From Podargus strigoides (Eukaryota): DNA of 64,000 nucleotides. The position numbers and the translations under genes were made by a program. Below are positions 12,516 to 26,200 of the stretch, in pieces. Location: assembly GCA_028020825.1 (NCBI GenBank), contig CM051638.1, positions 14,400,861 to 14,464,860 of the forward strand, read 5' to 3'. The notes beneath the pieces were generated by a model. It saw nothing but the letters and a program-made list of their open reading frames with translations. It did not search any database and was not told the DNA's origin. Each line of letters starts with the position of its first letter. Within the stretch, counting starts at the first letter, position 1.

Positions 12516-14519
12516 TGCTGGGTGACAGCAGGCATAGGGGCACACACAGAGTGGGTGAGGAAACAGTGTTGGGGGACAGCAGGCCTAAGGGGAACCACAC
12601 GGTGGGGTAGGGAACAGTGCTGGGTGACACCAGGCTTAGGGGGACACGCACAGTGGGTGAGGAAACAGTTTTGGGGGACAGCAGGCCTAGGGGGACACAC
12701 AGAGTGGATTAGGGAACAGAGGTGGGGGACAGCAGGCCTAGGGGGACACACACAGTGGGTGAGGGAACAGTGCTGGGGGACAGCAGGTCTAGGGGGTCAC
12801 ACACAGTGGGTGAAGGAACAGTGCTGTGGGACAGCTGGATTAGGGGGACACACACAGTGTGTGAGGGAACAGTGTTGGGGGACAGCAGTCCTAGGGGGAC
12901 ACACACAGTGGGTGAGGAAACAGTGCTGGGGGACAGCAGGCCTAGGGGGACACACACAGTGTGTGAGGGAACAGTGCTGGGTGATAGCAGGCCTTGGGGG
13001 ACACACACGGTGGGTGAGGAAACAGTGTTGGGGGACAGCAGGCCTAGGGGGGCACACACAGTGTGTGTGGGAACCATGCTGGGGGACAGGAAGCCAAGGG
13101 GGACCCACAAAGTGGGGTAGGGATCAGTGCTGGGTGACAGCAGGCCTAGGGGGACACACACCGTGGGTGAGGGAATAGTGCTGGGGGATAGCAGGCCTAG
13201 GTGGGCATACACAGTGGGTGAGGGAAGAGTGCTGGGGGAAGGCAGGCTTAGGGGGGCACACACAGTGGGTGCGGGAACCTTGCTGGGGGACAGCAGGCCT
13301 AGGGGGACACACACAGTGGGTGAGGGAAAAGTGCTGGGGGACAGGAGTTCTAGGGCGACACACACAGTGGGTGAGGGAACAGTGCTGGGGGACAGCAGGC
13401 CTAGGGGGGCATACACAGTGGGTGAGGGAACAGTGTTGGGGGACAGCAGGCCTAGGGGGACACACACAGTGGGTGAGGAAACAGTGTTGGGGGACAGCAG
13501 CCCTAGGGGTGCACACACAGTGGGTGAGGGAACAGTGTTGGGGGACAGCAGGCCTAGGGGGACACACACATTGGGTGAGGGAACAGTGCTGGGGGACAGC
13601 AGGCCTAGGGGGACACACACAGTGGGTGAGGGAACAGTGTTGGGGGACAGCAGGCCTAGGGGGGCACACAGAGTGGGTGTGGGAACTGTGCTGGGGTACA
13701 GCAGGCCTAGGGGGACCCACACAGTGGGGTAGGGAACAGTGCTGGGTGACAGCAGGCCTAGGGGGACACACATAGTGGTTGAGGGTACAGTGTTAGGGGA
13801 AAGCAGGCCTAGGGGGACACACAGAGTGGGTGAGGGAACAGTGCTGGGGGACAGCAGGCCTAGGGGGACACACACATTGGGTGAGGAAAGAGTGTTGGGG
13901 GACAGCAGGCCTAGGGGGACACACAGAGTGGGTGAGGGAACAGTGTTGGGGGACAGCAGGCCTAGGGGGGCACACACAATGGGTGAGGGAACAGTGATGG
14001 GGGACAGCAGGCCTAGGGGGGCACACACAGTCGGGTAGGGAACAGTGCTGGGGGACAGCAGGCCTAGGGGGACAAACACAGTGGGTGAAGGAACAGTGCT
14101 GGGGGACAGCTGGATTAGAGGGACACACAGTGCGTGAGGGAACTGTGTTGCGGGACAGCAGTCCTCGGGGGACACAGACAGTGTGTGAGGAAACAGTGCT
14201 GGGGGACAGCAGGCCTAGGGGGACACACACAGTGTGTGAGGGAACTGTGCTGGGGGACAGCAGGCCTAGGGGGGCATACACAGTGGGTGCGGGAACAGTG
14301 TTGGGGGACAGCAGGCCTCGGGGGACACACACAGTGGGTGAGGAAACAGTGCTGGGGGACAGCAGGCCTAGGGGGACACACACAGTGTGTGAGGGACCAG
14401 TGCTGGGTGATAGCAGGCCTTGGGGGACACACACGGTGGGTGAGGGAACAGTGTTGGGGGACAGCAGGCCTAGGGGAACACACACCATAGGTGAGGGAAC
14501 AGTGCTGGGTGATAGCAGG

Positions 14520-17500
14520 CCTAGGGTGACACACACATAGGGTGAGGAAACAGTGTTGGGGGACAGCAGGCCTAGGGGGGCACACACAGTGTGTGTGGGA
14601 ACCATGCTGGGGGACAGGAAGCCAAGGGGGACCCACAAAGTGGGGTAGGGAACAGTGCTGGGTGACAGCAGGCCTAGGGGAACACACACCGTGGGTGAGG
14701 GAATAGTGCTGGGGGATAGCAGGCCTAGGTGGGCATACACAGTGGGTGAGGGAAGAGTGCTGGGTGAAGGCAGGCTTAGGGGGGCACACACAGTGGGTGC
14801 GGGAACCTTGCTGGGGGACAGCAGGCCTAGGGGGACACACACAGTGGGTGAGGGAACAGTGTTGGGGGACAGCAGGCCTAGGGGGGCACACACAATGGGT
14901 GAGGGAACAGTGTTGGGGGACAGCAGGCCTAGGGGGGCACACACAGTCGGGTAGGGAACAGTGCTGGGGGACAGCAGGCCTAGGGGGACACACACAGTGG
15001 GTGAGGGAACAGTGTTGGGGGACAGCAGGCCTAGGGGGACACACAGAGTGGGTGAGGGAACAGTGCTGGGGGACAGCAGGCCTAGGTGGACACACACATT
15101 GGGTGAGGAAAGAGTGTTGGGGGACAGCAGGCCTAGGGGGACACACAGAGTGGGTGAGGGAACAGTGTTGGGGGACAGCAGGCCTAGGGGGGCACACACA
15201 ATGGGTGAGGGAACAGTGTTGGGGGACAGCAGGCCTAGGGGGACACACACAGTGTGTGAGGGAACTGTGCTGGGGGACAGCAGGCCTAGGGGGGCATACA
15301 CAGTGGGTGCGGGAACAGTGTTGGGGGACAGCAGGCCTCGGGGGACACACACAGTGGGTGAGGTAACAGTACTGGGTGATAGCAGGCCTAGGGGGACACA
15401 CACATAGGGTGAGGAAAGAGTGTTGGGGGACAGCAGGCCAAGGGGACACACAGAGTGGGTGAAGGAACAGTGTTGGGGGACAGCAGGCCTAGGGGGACAC
15501 ACAGTGGGTGAGGGAACAGTGTTGGGTGACAGCAGGTCTAGGGGGACACACAGAGTGGGTGATGGAACAGTGCTGGGGGACAGCAGGCCTAGGGGGGCCC
15601 ACACAGTGGGGTAGGGAACAGTGCTGGGTGACAGCAGGCCTAGGGGCACACACAGAGTGGGTGAGGAAACAGTGTTGGGGGACAGCAGGCCTCGGGGGAC
15701 ACACAGAGTGGGTGAGGGAACAGTGTTGGGGGACACCAGGGCTAGGGGGACACACAGAGTGGGTAAGGGAACATTGCTGGGGGACAGCAGGCCTAGGGGG
15801 GCACACGCAGTGGGTGAGGGAAGAGTGTTTGGGGACAGCAGGCCTAGGGGGGCACACACAGTGGGTGTGGGAACAGTGTTGGGGGACAGGAGGCCTAAGG
15901 GGAACCAAACGGTGGGGTAGGGAACAGTGCTGGGTGACACCAGGCTTAGGGGGACACGCACAGTGGGTGAGGAAATAGTTTTGGGGGACAGCAGGCCTAG
16001 GGGGACACACAGAGTTGATTAGGGAACAGAGGTGGGGGACAGCAGGCCTAGGGGGACACACACAGTGGGTGAGGGAACAGTGCTGGGGGACAGCAGGTCT
16101 AGGGGGTCACACACAGTGGCTGAAGGAACAGTGCTGGGGGACAGCAGGCCTAGGGGCAATCCACAGTGGGTGAGGGAACAGTGTTGGGGGACAGCAGTCC
16201 TAGGGGGGCACACACAGTGGGTGAGGGAACAGTGCTGGGGGACAGCAGGCCTAGGGGGGCATACACAGTGGGTGCGGGAACAGTGCTGGGGGACAGCCGG
16301 CCTTGGGGGACACACACAGTGGGTGAGGGAACAGTGCTGGGTGATAGCAGGCCTAGGGTGACACACACATAGGGTGAGGAAACAGTGTTGGGGGACAGCA
16401 GGCCTAGGGGGGCACACACAGTGTGTGTGGGAACCATGCTGGGGGACAGGAAGCCAAGGGGGACCCACAAAGTGGGGTAGGGATCAGTGCTGGGTGACAG
16501 CAGGCCTACGGGGACACACACCGTGGGTGAGGGAATAGTGCTGGGGGATAGCAGGCCTAGGTGGGCATACACAGTGGGTGAGGGAAGAGTGCTGGGGGAA
16601 GGCAGGCCTAGGGGGACACACACAGTGGGTGAGGGAACAGTGTTGGGGGACAGCAGGCCTAGGGGGGCACACAGAGTGGGTGTGGGAACTGTGCTGTGGT
16701 ACAGCAGGCCTAGGGGGACCCACACAGTGGGGTAGGGAACAGTGCTGGGTGACAGCAGGCCTAGGGGGACACACAGAGTGGTTGAGGGTACAGTGTTAGG
16801 GGAAAGCAGGCCTAGGGGGACACACAGAGTGGGTGAGGGAACAGTGCTGGGGGACAGCAGGCCTAGGGGGACACCCACATTGGGTGAGGAAAGAGTGTTG
16901 GGGGACAGCAGGCCTAGGGGGACACACAGAGTGGGTGAGGGAACAGTGTTGGGGGACAGCAGGCCTAGGGGGGCACACACAATGGGTGAGGGAACAGTGA
17001 TGGGGGACAGCAGGCCTAGGGGGGCACACACAGTCGGGTAGGGAACAGTGCTGGGGGACAGCAGGCCTAGGGGGACAAACACAGTGGGTGAAGGAACAGT
17101 GCTGGGGGACAGCTGGATTAGAGGGACACACAGTGCGTGAGGGAACTGTGTTGCGGGACAGCAGTCCTAGGGGGACACAGACAGTGTGTGAGGAAACAGT
17201 GCTGGGGGACAGCAGGCCTAGGGGGACACACACAGTGTGTGAGGGAACTGTGCTGGGGGACAGCAGGCCTAGGGGGGCATACACAGTGGGTGCGGGAACA
17301 GTGTTGGGGGACAGCAGGCCTAGGGGAACACACACCATAGGTGAGGGAACAGTGCTGGGGGACAGCAGGCCTAGGGGGGAATCCACAGTGGGTGAGGGAA
17401 CAGTGTTTGGGGACAGCAGGCCTAGCGGGGCACACACAGTGGGTGAGGGAACAGTGCTGGGGGACAGCAGGCCTAGGGGGGCATACACAGTGGGTGCGGG

Positions 17501-18850
17501 TACAGTGTTGGGGGACAGCAGGCCTTGGGGGACACACACAGTGGGTGAGGGAACAGTGCTGGGTGATAGCAGGCCTAGGGTGACACACACATAGGGTGAG
17601 GAAACAGTGTTGGGGGACAGCAGGCCTAGGGGGGCACACACAGTGTGTGTGGGAACCATGCTGGGGGACAGGAAGCCAAGGGGGACCCACAAAGTGGGGT
17701 AGGGAACAGTGCTGGGTGACAGCAGGCCTAGGGGAAAACACACCGTGGGTGAGGGAATAGTGCTGGGGGATAGCAGGCCTAGGTGGGCATACACAGTGGG
17801 TGAGGGAAGAGTGCTGGGTGAAGGCAGGCTTAGGGGGGCACACACAGTGGGTGCGGGAACCTTGCTGGGGGACAGCAGGCCTAGGGGGACACACACAGTG
17901 GGTGAGGGAACAGTGTTGGGGGACAGCAGGCCTAGGGGGGCACACACAATGGGTGAGGGAACAGTGTTGGGGGACAGCAGGCCTAGGGGGGCACACACAG
18001 TCGGGTAGGGAACAGTGCTGGGGGACAGCAGGCCTAGGGGGACACACACAGTGGGTGAGGGAACAGTGTTGGGGGACAGCAGGCCTAGGGGGACCCACAC
18101 AGTGGGTTAGGGAACAGTGCTGTGGGACAGGAGGCCTAGGGGGACCCACACAGTGGTGTAGGGAACAGTGCTGGGTGACAGCAGGCCTAGGGGGACACAC
18201 ACAGTGGGTGAGGGAACAGTGTTGGGGGACAGCAGGCCTAGGGGGACCCACACAGTGGGTTAGGGAACAGTGCTGGGAGACAGCAGGCCTAGGGGGACAC
18301 ACACAGTTGGTGAGGAAACAGTGCTGTGGGACAGGAGGCCTAGGGGGACCCACACAGTGGTGTAGGGAACAGTGCTGGGTGACAGCAGGCCTAGGGGGAC
18401 ACACAGAGCGGGTGAGGGAACAGTGCTGGGGGACAGCAGGCCTAGGGGGACACACACAGTGGGTGAGGTTAAAGTGCTGGGGGACTGCATTCCTAGGGGG
18501 ACACACAGAGTGTGTGAGGGAACAGTGTTGGGGGACATCAGGCCTAGGGGGACACACAGAGTGGGTGAGGGAACACTGCTGGGGGACAGCAGGCCTAGGG
18601 GGACACACACAGTGGGTGAGGGGTTAATGCTGGGGGACTGCAGGCCTAGGGGGACACACACAGTGGGTGAGGGAACAGTGCTGGGGGACAGCAGGCCTAG
18701 GGGGATACACACAGTGGGTCGGGAACCCGTACTGGTGGACAGCAGGCCTATGGGGACACACACAGTGGGTGAGGGAACAGTTTTGGGGGACAGCAGGCCT
18801 AGGGGGACCCACACAGTGGGTGGGGAAACACTGCTGGGGGACAGCAGGCC
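14520..18850. repeat. Higher-order repeat, type B, copy 1 (~4.3 kb)
   Basis: At offset 4,329: 14655→18984, 14746→19075, 14961→19290, 15420→19749 and 16032→20361. At offset 4,941: 16796→21737, 17118→22059 and 17709→22650. Confidence 0.65.
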
Positions 18851-21800
18851 TAGGGGGGCACACACAGTGGGTGAGGGAACAGTTTTGGGGGACAGCAGGC
18901 CTAGGGGGGCACACACAGTGTGTGTGGGAACCATGCTGGGGGACAGGAAGCCAAGGGGGACCCACAAAGTGGGGTAGGGAACAGTGCTGGGTGACAGCAG
19001 GCCTAGGGGAACACACACCGTGGGTGAGGGAATAGTGCTGGGGGATAGCAGGCCTAGGTGGGCATACACAGTGGGTGAGGGAAGAGTGCTGGGTGAAGGC
19101 AGGCTTAGGGGGGCACACACAGTGGGTGCGGGAACCTTGCTGGGGGACAGCAGGCCTAGGGGGACACACACAGTGGGTGAGGGAACAGTGTTGGGGGACA
19201 GCAGGCCTAGGGGGGCACACACAATGGGTGAGGGAACAGTGTTGGGGGACAGCAGGCCTAGGGGGGCACACACAGTCGGGTAGGGAACAGTGCTGGGGGA
19301 CAGCAGGCCTAGGGGGACACACACAGTGGGTGAGGGAACAGTGTTGGGGGACAGCAGGCCTAGGGGGACACACAGAGTGGGTGAGGGAACAGTGCTGGGG
19401 GACAGCAGGCCTAGGTGGACACACACATTGGGTGAGGAAAGAGTGTTGGGGGACAGCAGGCCTAGGGGGACACACAGAGTGGGTGAGGGAACAGTGTTGG
19501 GGGACAGCAGGCCTAGGGGGGCACACACAATGGGTGAGGGAACAGTGTTGGGGGACAGCAGGCCTAGGGGGACACACACAGTGTGTGAGGGAACTGTGCT
19601 GGGGGACAGCAGGCCTAGGGGGGCATACACAGTGGGTGCGGGAACAGTGTTGGGGGACAGCAGGCCTCGGGGGACACACACAGTGGGTGAGGTAACAGTA
19701 CTGGGTGATAGCAGGCCTAGGGGGACACACACATAGGGTGAGGAAAGAGTGTTGGGGGACAGCAGGCCAAGGGGACACACAGAGTGGGTGAAGGAACAGT
19801 GTTGGGGGACAGCAGGCCTAGGGGGACACACAGTGGGTGAGGGAACAGTGTTGGGTGACAGCAGGTCTAGGGGGACACACAGAGTGGGTGATGGAACAGT
19901 GCTGGGGGACAGCAGGCCTAGGGGGGCCCACACAGTGGGGTAGGGAACAGTGCTGGGTGACAGCAGGCCTAGGGGCACACACAGAGTGGGTGAGGAAACA
20001 GTGTTGGGGGACAGCAGGCCTCGGGGGACACACAGAGTGGGTGAGGGAACAGTGTTGGGGGACACCAGGGCTAGGGGGACACACAGAGTGGGTAAGGGAA
20101 CATTGCTGGGGGACAGCAGGCCTAGGGGGGCACACGCAGTGGGTGAGGGAAGAGTGTTTGGGGACAGCAGGCCTAGGGGGGCACACACAGTGGGTGTGGG
20201 AACAGTGTTGGGGGACAGGAGGCCTAAGGGGAACCAAACGGTGGGGTAGGGAACAGTGCTGGGTGACACCAGGCTTAGGGGGACAAGCACAGTGGGTGAG
20301 GAAATAGTTTTGGGGGACAGCAGGCCTAGGGGGACACACAGAGTTGATTAGGGAACAGAGGTGTGGGACAGCAGGCCTAGGGGGACACACACAGTGGGTG
20401 AGGGAACAGTGCTGGGGGACAGCAGGTCTAGGGGGTCACACACAGTGGCTGAAGGAACAGTGCTGTGGGACAGCTGGATTAGGGGGACACACAGAGTGTG
20501 TGAGGGAACAGTGTTGGGGGACAGCAGTCCTAGGGGGACACACACAGTGGGTGAGGAAACAGTGCTGGGGGACAGCAGGCCTAGGGGGACACACACAGTG
20601 TGTGAGGGAACAGTGCTGGGTGATAGCAGGCCTTGGGGGACACACACGGTGGGTGAGGGAACAGTGTTGGGGGACAGCAGGCCTAGGGGGACACACACCA
20701 TAGGTGAGGGAACAGTGCTGGGGGACAGCAGGCCTAGGGGCAATCCACAGTGGGTGAGGGAACAGTGTTGGGGGACAGCAGTCCTAGGGGGGCACACACA
20801 GTGGGTGAGGGAACAGTGCTGGGGGACAGCAGGCCTAGGGGGGCATACACAGTGGGTGCGGGAACAGTGTTGGGGGACAGCCGGCCTTGGGGGACACACA
20901 CAGTGGGTGAGGGAACAGTGCTGGGTGATAGCAGGCCTAGGGTGACACACACATAGGGTGAGGAAACAGTGTTGGGGGACAGCAGGCCTAGGGGGGCACA
21001 CACAGTGTGTGTGGGAACCATGCTGGGGGACAGGAAGCCAAGGGGGACCCACAAAGTGGGGTAGGGATCAGTGCTGGGTGACAGCAGGCCTACGGGGACA
21101 CACACCGTGGGTGAGGGAATAGTGCTGGGGGATAGCAGGCCTAGGTGGGCATACACAGTGGGTGAGGGAAGAGTGCTGGGGGAAGGCAGGCTTAGGGGGG
21201 CACACACAGTGGGTGCGGGAACCTTGCTGGGGGACAGCAGGCCTAGGGGGACACACACAGTGGGTGAGGGAAAAGTGCTGGGGGACAGGAGTTCTAGGGC
21301 GACACACAGAGTGGGTGAGGGAACAGTGCTGGGGGACAGCAGGCCTAGGGGGGCATACACAGTGGGTGAGGGAACAGTGTTGGGGGACAGCAGGCCTAGG
21401 GGGACACACACAGTGGGTGAGGAAACAGTGTTGGGGGACAGCAGCCCTAGGGGTGCACACACAGTGGGTGAGGGAACAGTGTTGGGGGACAGCAGGCCTA
21501 GGGGGACACACACATTGGGTGAGGGAACAGTGCTGGGGGACAGCAGGCCTAGGGGGACACACACAGTGGGTGAGGGAACAGTGTTGGGGGACAGCAGGCC
21601 TAGGGGGGCACACAGAGTGGGTGTGGGAACTGTGCTGTGGTACAGCAGGCCTAGGGGGACCCACACAGTGGGGTAGGGAACAGTGCTGGGTGACAGCAGG
21701 CCTAGGGGGACACACAGAGTGGTTGAGGGTACAGTGTTAGGGGAAAGCAGGCCTAGGGGGACACACAGAGTGGGTGAGGGAACAGTGCTGGGGGACAGCA

Positions 21801-23200
21801 GGCCTAGGGGGACACCCACATTGGGTGAGGAAAGAGTGTTGGGGGACAGCAGGCCTAGGGGGACACACAGAGTGGGTGAGGGAACAGTGTTGGGGGACAG
21901 CAGGCCTAGGGGGGCACACACAATGGGTGAGGGAACAGTGATGGGGGACAGCAGGCCTAGGGGGGCACACACAGTCGGGTAGGGAACAGTGCTGGGGGAC
22001 AGCAGGCCTAGGGGGACAAACACAGTGGGTGAAGGAACAGTGCTGGGGGACAGCTGGATTAGAGGGACACACAGTGCGTGAGGGAACTGTGTTGCGGGAC
22101 AGCAGTCCTAGGGGGACACAGACAGTGTGTGAGGAAACAGTGCTGGGGGACAGCAGGCCTAGGGGGACACACACAGTGTGTGAGGGAACTGTGCTGGGGG
22201 ACAGCAGGCCTAGGGGGGCATACACAGTGGGTGCGGGAACAGTGTTGGGGGACAGCAGGCCTAGGGGAACACACACCATAGGTGAGGGAACAGTGCTGGG
22301 GGACAGCAGGCCTAGGGGGGAATCCACAGTGGGTGAGGGAACAGTGTTTGGGGACAGCAGGCCTAGCGGGGCACACACAGTGGGTGAGGGAACAGTGCTG
22401 GGGGACAGCAGGCCTAGGGGGGCATACACAGTGGGTGCGGGTACAGTGTTGGGGGACAGCAGGCCTTGGGGGACACACACAGTGGGTGAGGGAACAGTGC
22501 TGGGTGATAGCAGGCCTAGGGTGACACACACATAGGGTGAGGAAACAGTGTTGGGGGACAGCAGGCCTAGGGGGGCACACACAGTGTGTGTGGGAACCAT
22601 GCTGGGGGACAGGAAGCCAAGGGGGACCCACAAAGTGGGGTAGGGAACAGTGCTGGGTGACAGCAGGCCTAGGGGAACACACACCGTGGGTGAGGGAATA
22701 GTGCTGGGGGATAGCAGGCCTAGGTGGGCATACACAGTGGGTGAGGGAAGAGTGCTGGGTGAAGGCAGGCTTAGGGGGGCACACACAGTGGGTGCGGGAA
22801 CCTTGCTGGGGGACAGCAGGCCTAGGGGGACACACACAGTGGGTGAGGGAACAGTGTTGGGGGACAGCAGGCCTAGGGGGGCACACACAATGGGTGAGGG
22901 AACAGTGTTGGGGGACAGCAGGCCTAGGGGGGCACACACAGTCGGGTAGGGAACAGTGCTGGGGGACAGCAGGCCTAGGGGGACACACACAGTGGGTGAG
23001 GGAACAGTGTTGGGGGACAGCAGGCCTAGGGGGACCCACACAGTGGGTTAGGGAACAGTGCTGTGGGACAGGAGGCCTAGGGGGACCCACACAGTGGTGT
23101 AGGGAACAGTGCTGGGTGACAGCAGGCCTAGGGGGACACACACAGTGGGTGAGGGAACAGTGTTGGGGGACAGCAGGCCTAGGGGGACCCACACAGTGGG
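18850..23200. repeat. Higher-order repeat, type B, copy 2 (~4.9 kb). It carries two extra blocks relative to copy 1: ~255 bp (5 units) near 20.4-20.7 kb and ~357 bp (7 units) near 21.2-21.6 kb
   Basis: The offset to copy 1 rises stepwise from 4,329 to 4,584 to 4,941. ORF 20361..20945 (194 aa) against 16032..16361 (109 aa) differs by 85 aa. ORF 20734..22023 (429 aa) against 16150..17082 (310 aa) differs by 119 aa. Confidence 0.6.
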
Positions 23201-26200
23201 TTAGGGAACAGTGCTGGGAGACAGCAGGCCTAGGGGGACACACACAGTTGGTGAGGAAACAGTGCTGTGGGACAGGAGGCCTAGGGGGACCCACACAGTG
23301 GTGTAGGGAACAGTGCTGGGTGACAGCAGGCCTAGGGGGACACACAGAGCGGGTGAGGGAACAGTGCTGGGGGACAGCAGGCCTAGGGGGACACACACAG
23401 TGGGTGAGGTTAAAGTGCTGGGGGACTGCATTCCTAGGGGGACACACAGAGTGTGTGAGGGAACAGTGTTGGGGGACATCAGGCCTAGGGGGACACACAG
23501 AGTGGGTGAGGGAACACTGCTGGGGGACAGCAGGCCTAGGGGGACACACACAGTGGGTGAGGGGTTAATGCTGGGGGACTGCAGGCCTAGGGGGACACAC
23601 ACAGTGGGTGAGGGAACAGTGCTGGGGGACAGCAGGCCTAGGGGGATACACACAGTGGGTCGGGAACCCGTACTGGTGGACAGCAGGCCTATGGGGACAC
23701 ACACAGTGGGTGAGGGAACAGTTTTGGGGGACAGCAGGCCTAGGGGGACCCACACAGTGGGTGGGGAAACACTGCTGGGGGACAGCAGGCCTAGGGGGGC
23801 ACACACAGTGGGTGAGGGAACAGTTTTGGGGGACAGCAGGCCTAGGGGGACACACAGAGTGGGTGAGGGAACAGTGGTGGGGGACAGCAGTCCTAGGGGG
23901 ACACACAGAGTGGGTGAGGGAACTGTGCTTGGGGACAGCAGGCCTAGGGGGGCATACTCAGTGGGTGAGGGAACAGTGTTGGGGGACAGCAGGCCTAGGG
24001 GGACGAACACTGACTGAGAGGTGTTGGGGGACAGTAGGCCTAGGGGGACACACAGAGTGGATGAGGGAACAGTCCTGGGGGAATGCAGGCCAAGGGGGAC
24101 ACCCACAGTGGGTGAGGGAGCAGTGCTGGGGGAATGCAGGCCTAGGGGGACACCCAGAGTGGGTCAGGGAACAGTGCTGGGGGACAGCAGGCCTAGGGGG
24201 ACACACGCAGTTGGTGAGGGAACCGTGCTGGGGGACAGCAGGCCTAGGGGGACAGACACAGTGGGTGAGGGAACAGTGCTGGGGCACAGCAGGCCTAGGG
24301 GGACACACTGAGTGGGTGAGGGAACAGTGCTGGGGGACAGCAGGCCTAGGGGGACACACACAGTGGGTGAGGGAACAGTGTTGGGGGACAGCAGGCCTAG
24401 GGGGGCACACACAGTGGGTGAGGGAACAGTGCTGGGGGACAGCGGGCCTAGGGGGACACACACAGTGGATGAGGGAACAGCGTTTGGGGACAGCAGGCCT
24501 AGGGGGACACACACAGTGGGTGAGGGAACAGTGTTGGGGGACAGCAGCCCTAGGTGGGCATACACAGTGGGTGAGGGAAGAGTGCTGGGGGAAGGCAGGC
24601 TTAGGGGGGCACACACAGTGGGTGCGGGAACCTTGCTGGGGGACAGGAGGCCTAGGGGGACACACACAGTGGGTGAGGGAAAAGTGCTGGGGGACAGGAG
24701 TTCTAGGGCGACACACACAGTGGGTGAGGGAACAGTGCTGGGGGACAGCAGGCCTAGGGGGGCATACACAGTGGGTGAGGGAACAGTGTTGGGGGACAGC
24801 AGGCCTAGGGGGACACACACAGTGGGTGAGGGAACAGTGTTGGGGGACAGCAGCCCTAGGGGTGCACACACAGTGGGTGAGGGAACAGTGTTGGGGGACA
24901 GCAGTCCTAGGTGGACACACACATTGGATGAGGGAACAGTGCTGGGGGACAGCAGGCCTAGGGGGACACACACAGTGGGTGAGGGAACAGTGTTGGGGGA
25001 CAGCAGGCCTAGGGGGGCACACACAGTGTGTGTGGGAACTGTGCTGGGGTACAGCAGGCCTAGGGGGACCCACACAGTGGGGTAGGGAACAGTGCTGGGT
25101 GACAGCAGGCCTAGGGGGACACAGAGAGTGGGTGAGGGAACAGTTTTAGGGGACAGCAGGCCTAGGGGGACACACAGAGTGGGTGAGGGAACAGTGCTGG
25201 GGGACAGCAGTCCTAGGTGGACACACACATTGGGTGAGGAAAGAGTGTTGGGGGACAGCAGGCCTAGGGGGACACACAGAGTGGGTGAGGGAACAGTGTT
25301 GGGGGAGAGCAGGCCTAGGGGGGCACACACAATGGGTGAGGGAACAGTGTTGGGGGACAGCAGGCCTAGGGGGACACACACAGTGTGTGAGGGAACTGTG
25401 CTGGGGGACAGCAGGCCCAGGGGGGCATACACAGTGGGTGCGGGAACAGTGTTAGGGGACAGCAGGCCTCGGGGGACACACACAGTGGGTGAGGTAACAG
25501 TACTGGGTGATAGCAGGCCTAGGGGGACACACACATAGGGTGAGGAAAGAGTGTTGGGGGACAGCAGGCCAAGGGGACACACAGAGTGAGTGAAGGAACA
25601 GTGTTGGGGGACAGCAGGCCTAGGGGGACACACAGTGGGTGAGGGAACAGTGTTGGGTGACAGCAGGTCTAGGGGGACACACAGAGTGGGTGATGGAACA
25701 GTGCTGGGGGAGAGCAGGCCTAGGGGGGCCCACACAGTGGGGTAGGGAACAGTGCTGGGTGACAGCAGGCCTAGGGGCACACACAGAGTGGGTGAGGAAA
25801 CAGTGTTGGGGGACAGCAGGCCTCGGGGGACACACAGAGTGGGTGAGGGAACAGTGTTGGGGGACACCAGGGCTAGGGGGACACACAGAGTGGGTAAGGG
25901 AACATTGCTGGGGGACAGCAGGCCTAGGGGGGCACACGCAGTGGGTGAGGGAAGAGTGTTTGGGGACAGCAGGCCTAGGGGGGCACACACAGTGGGTGTG
26001 GGAACAGTGTTGGGGGACAGGAGGCCTAAGGGGAACCACACAGTGGGGTAGGGAACAGTGCTGGGTGACACCAGGCTTAGGGGGACACGCACAGTGGATG
26101 AGGAAACAGTTTTGGGCGACAGCAGGCCTAGGGGGACACACAGAGTGGATTAGGGAACAGAGGTGGGGGACAGCAGGCCTAGGGGGACACACACAGTGGG

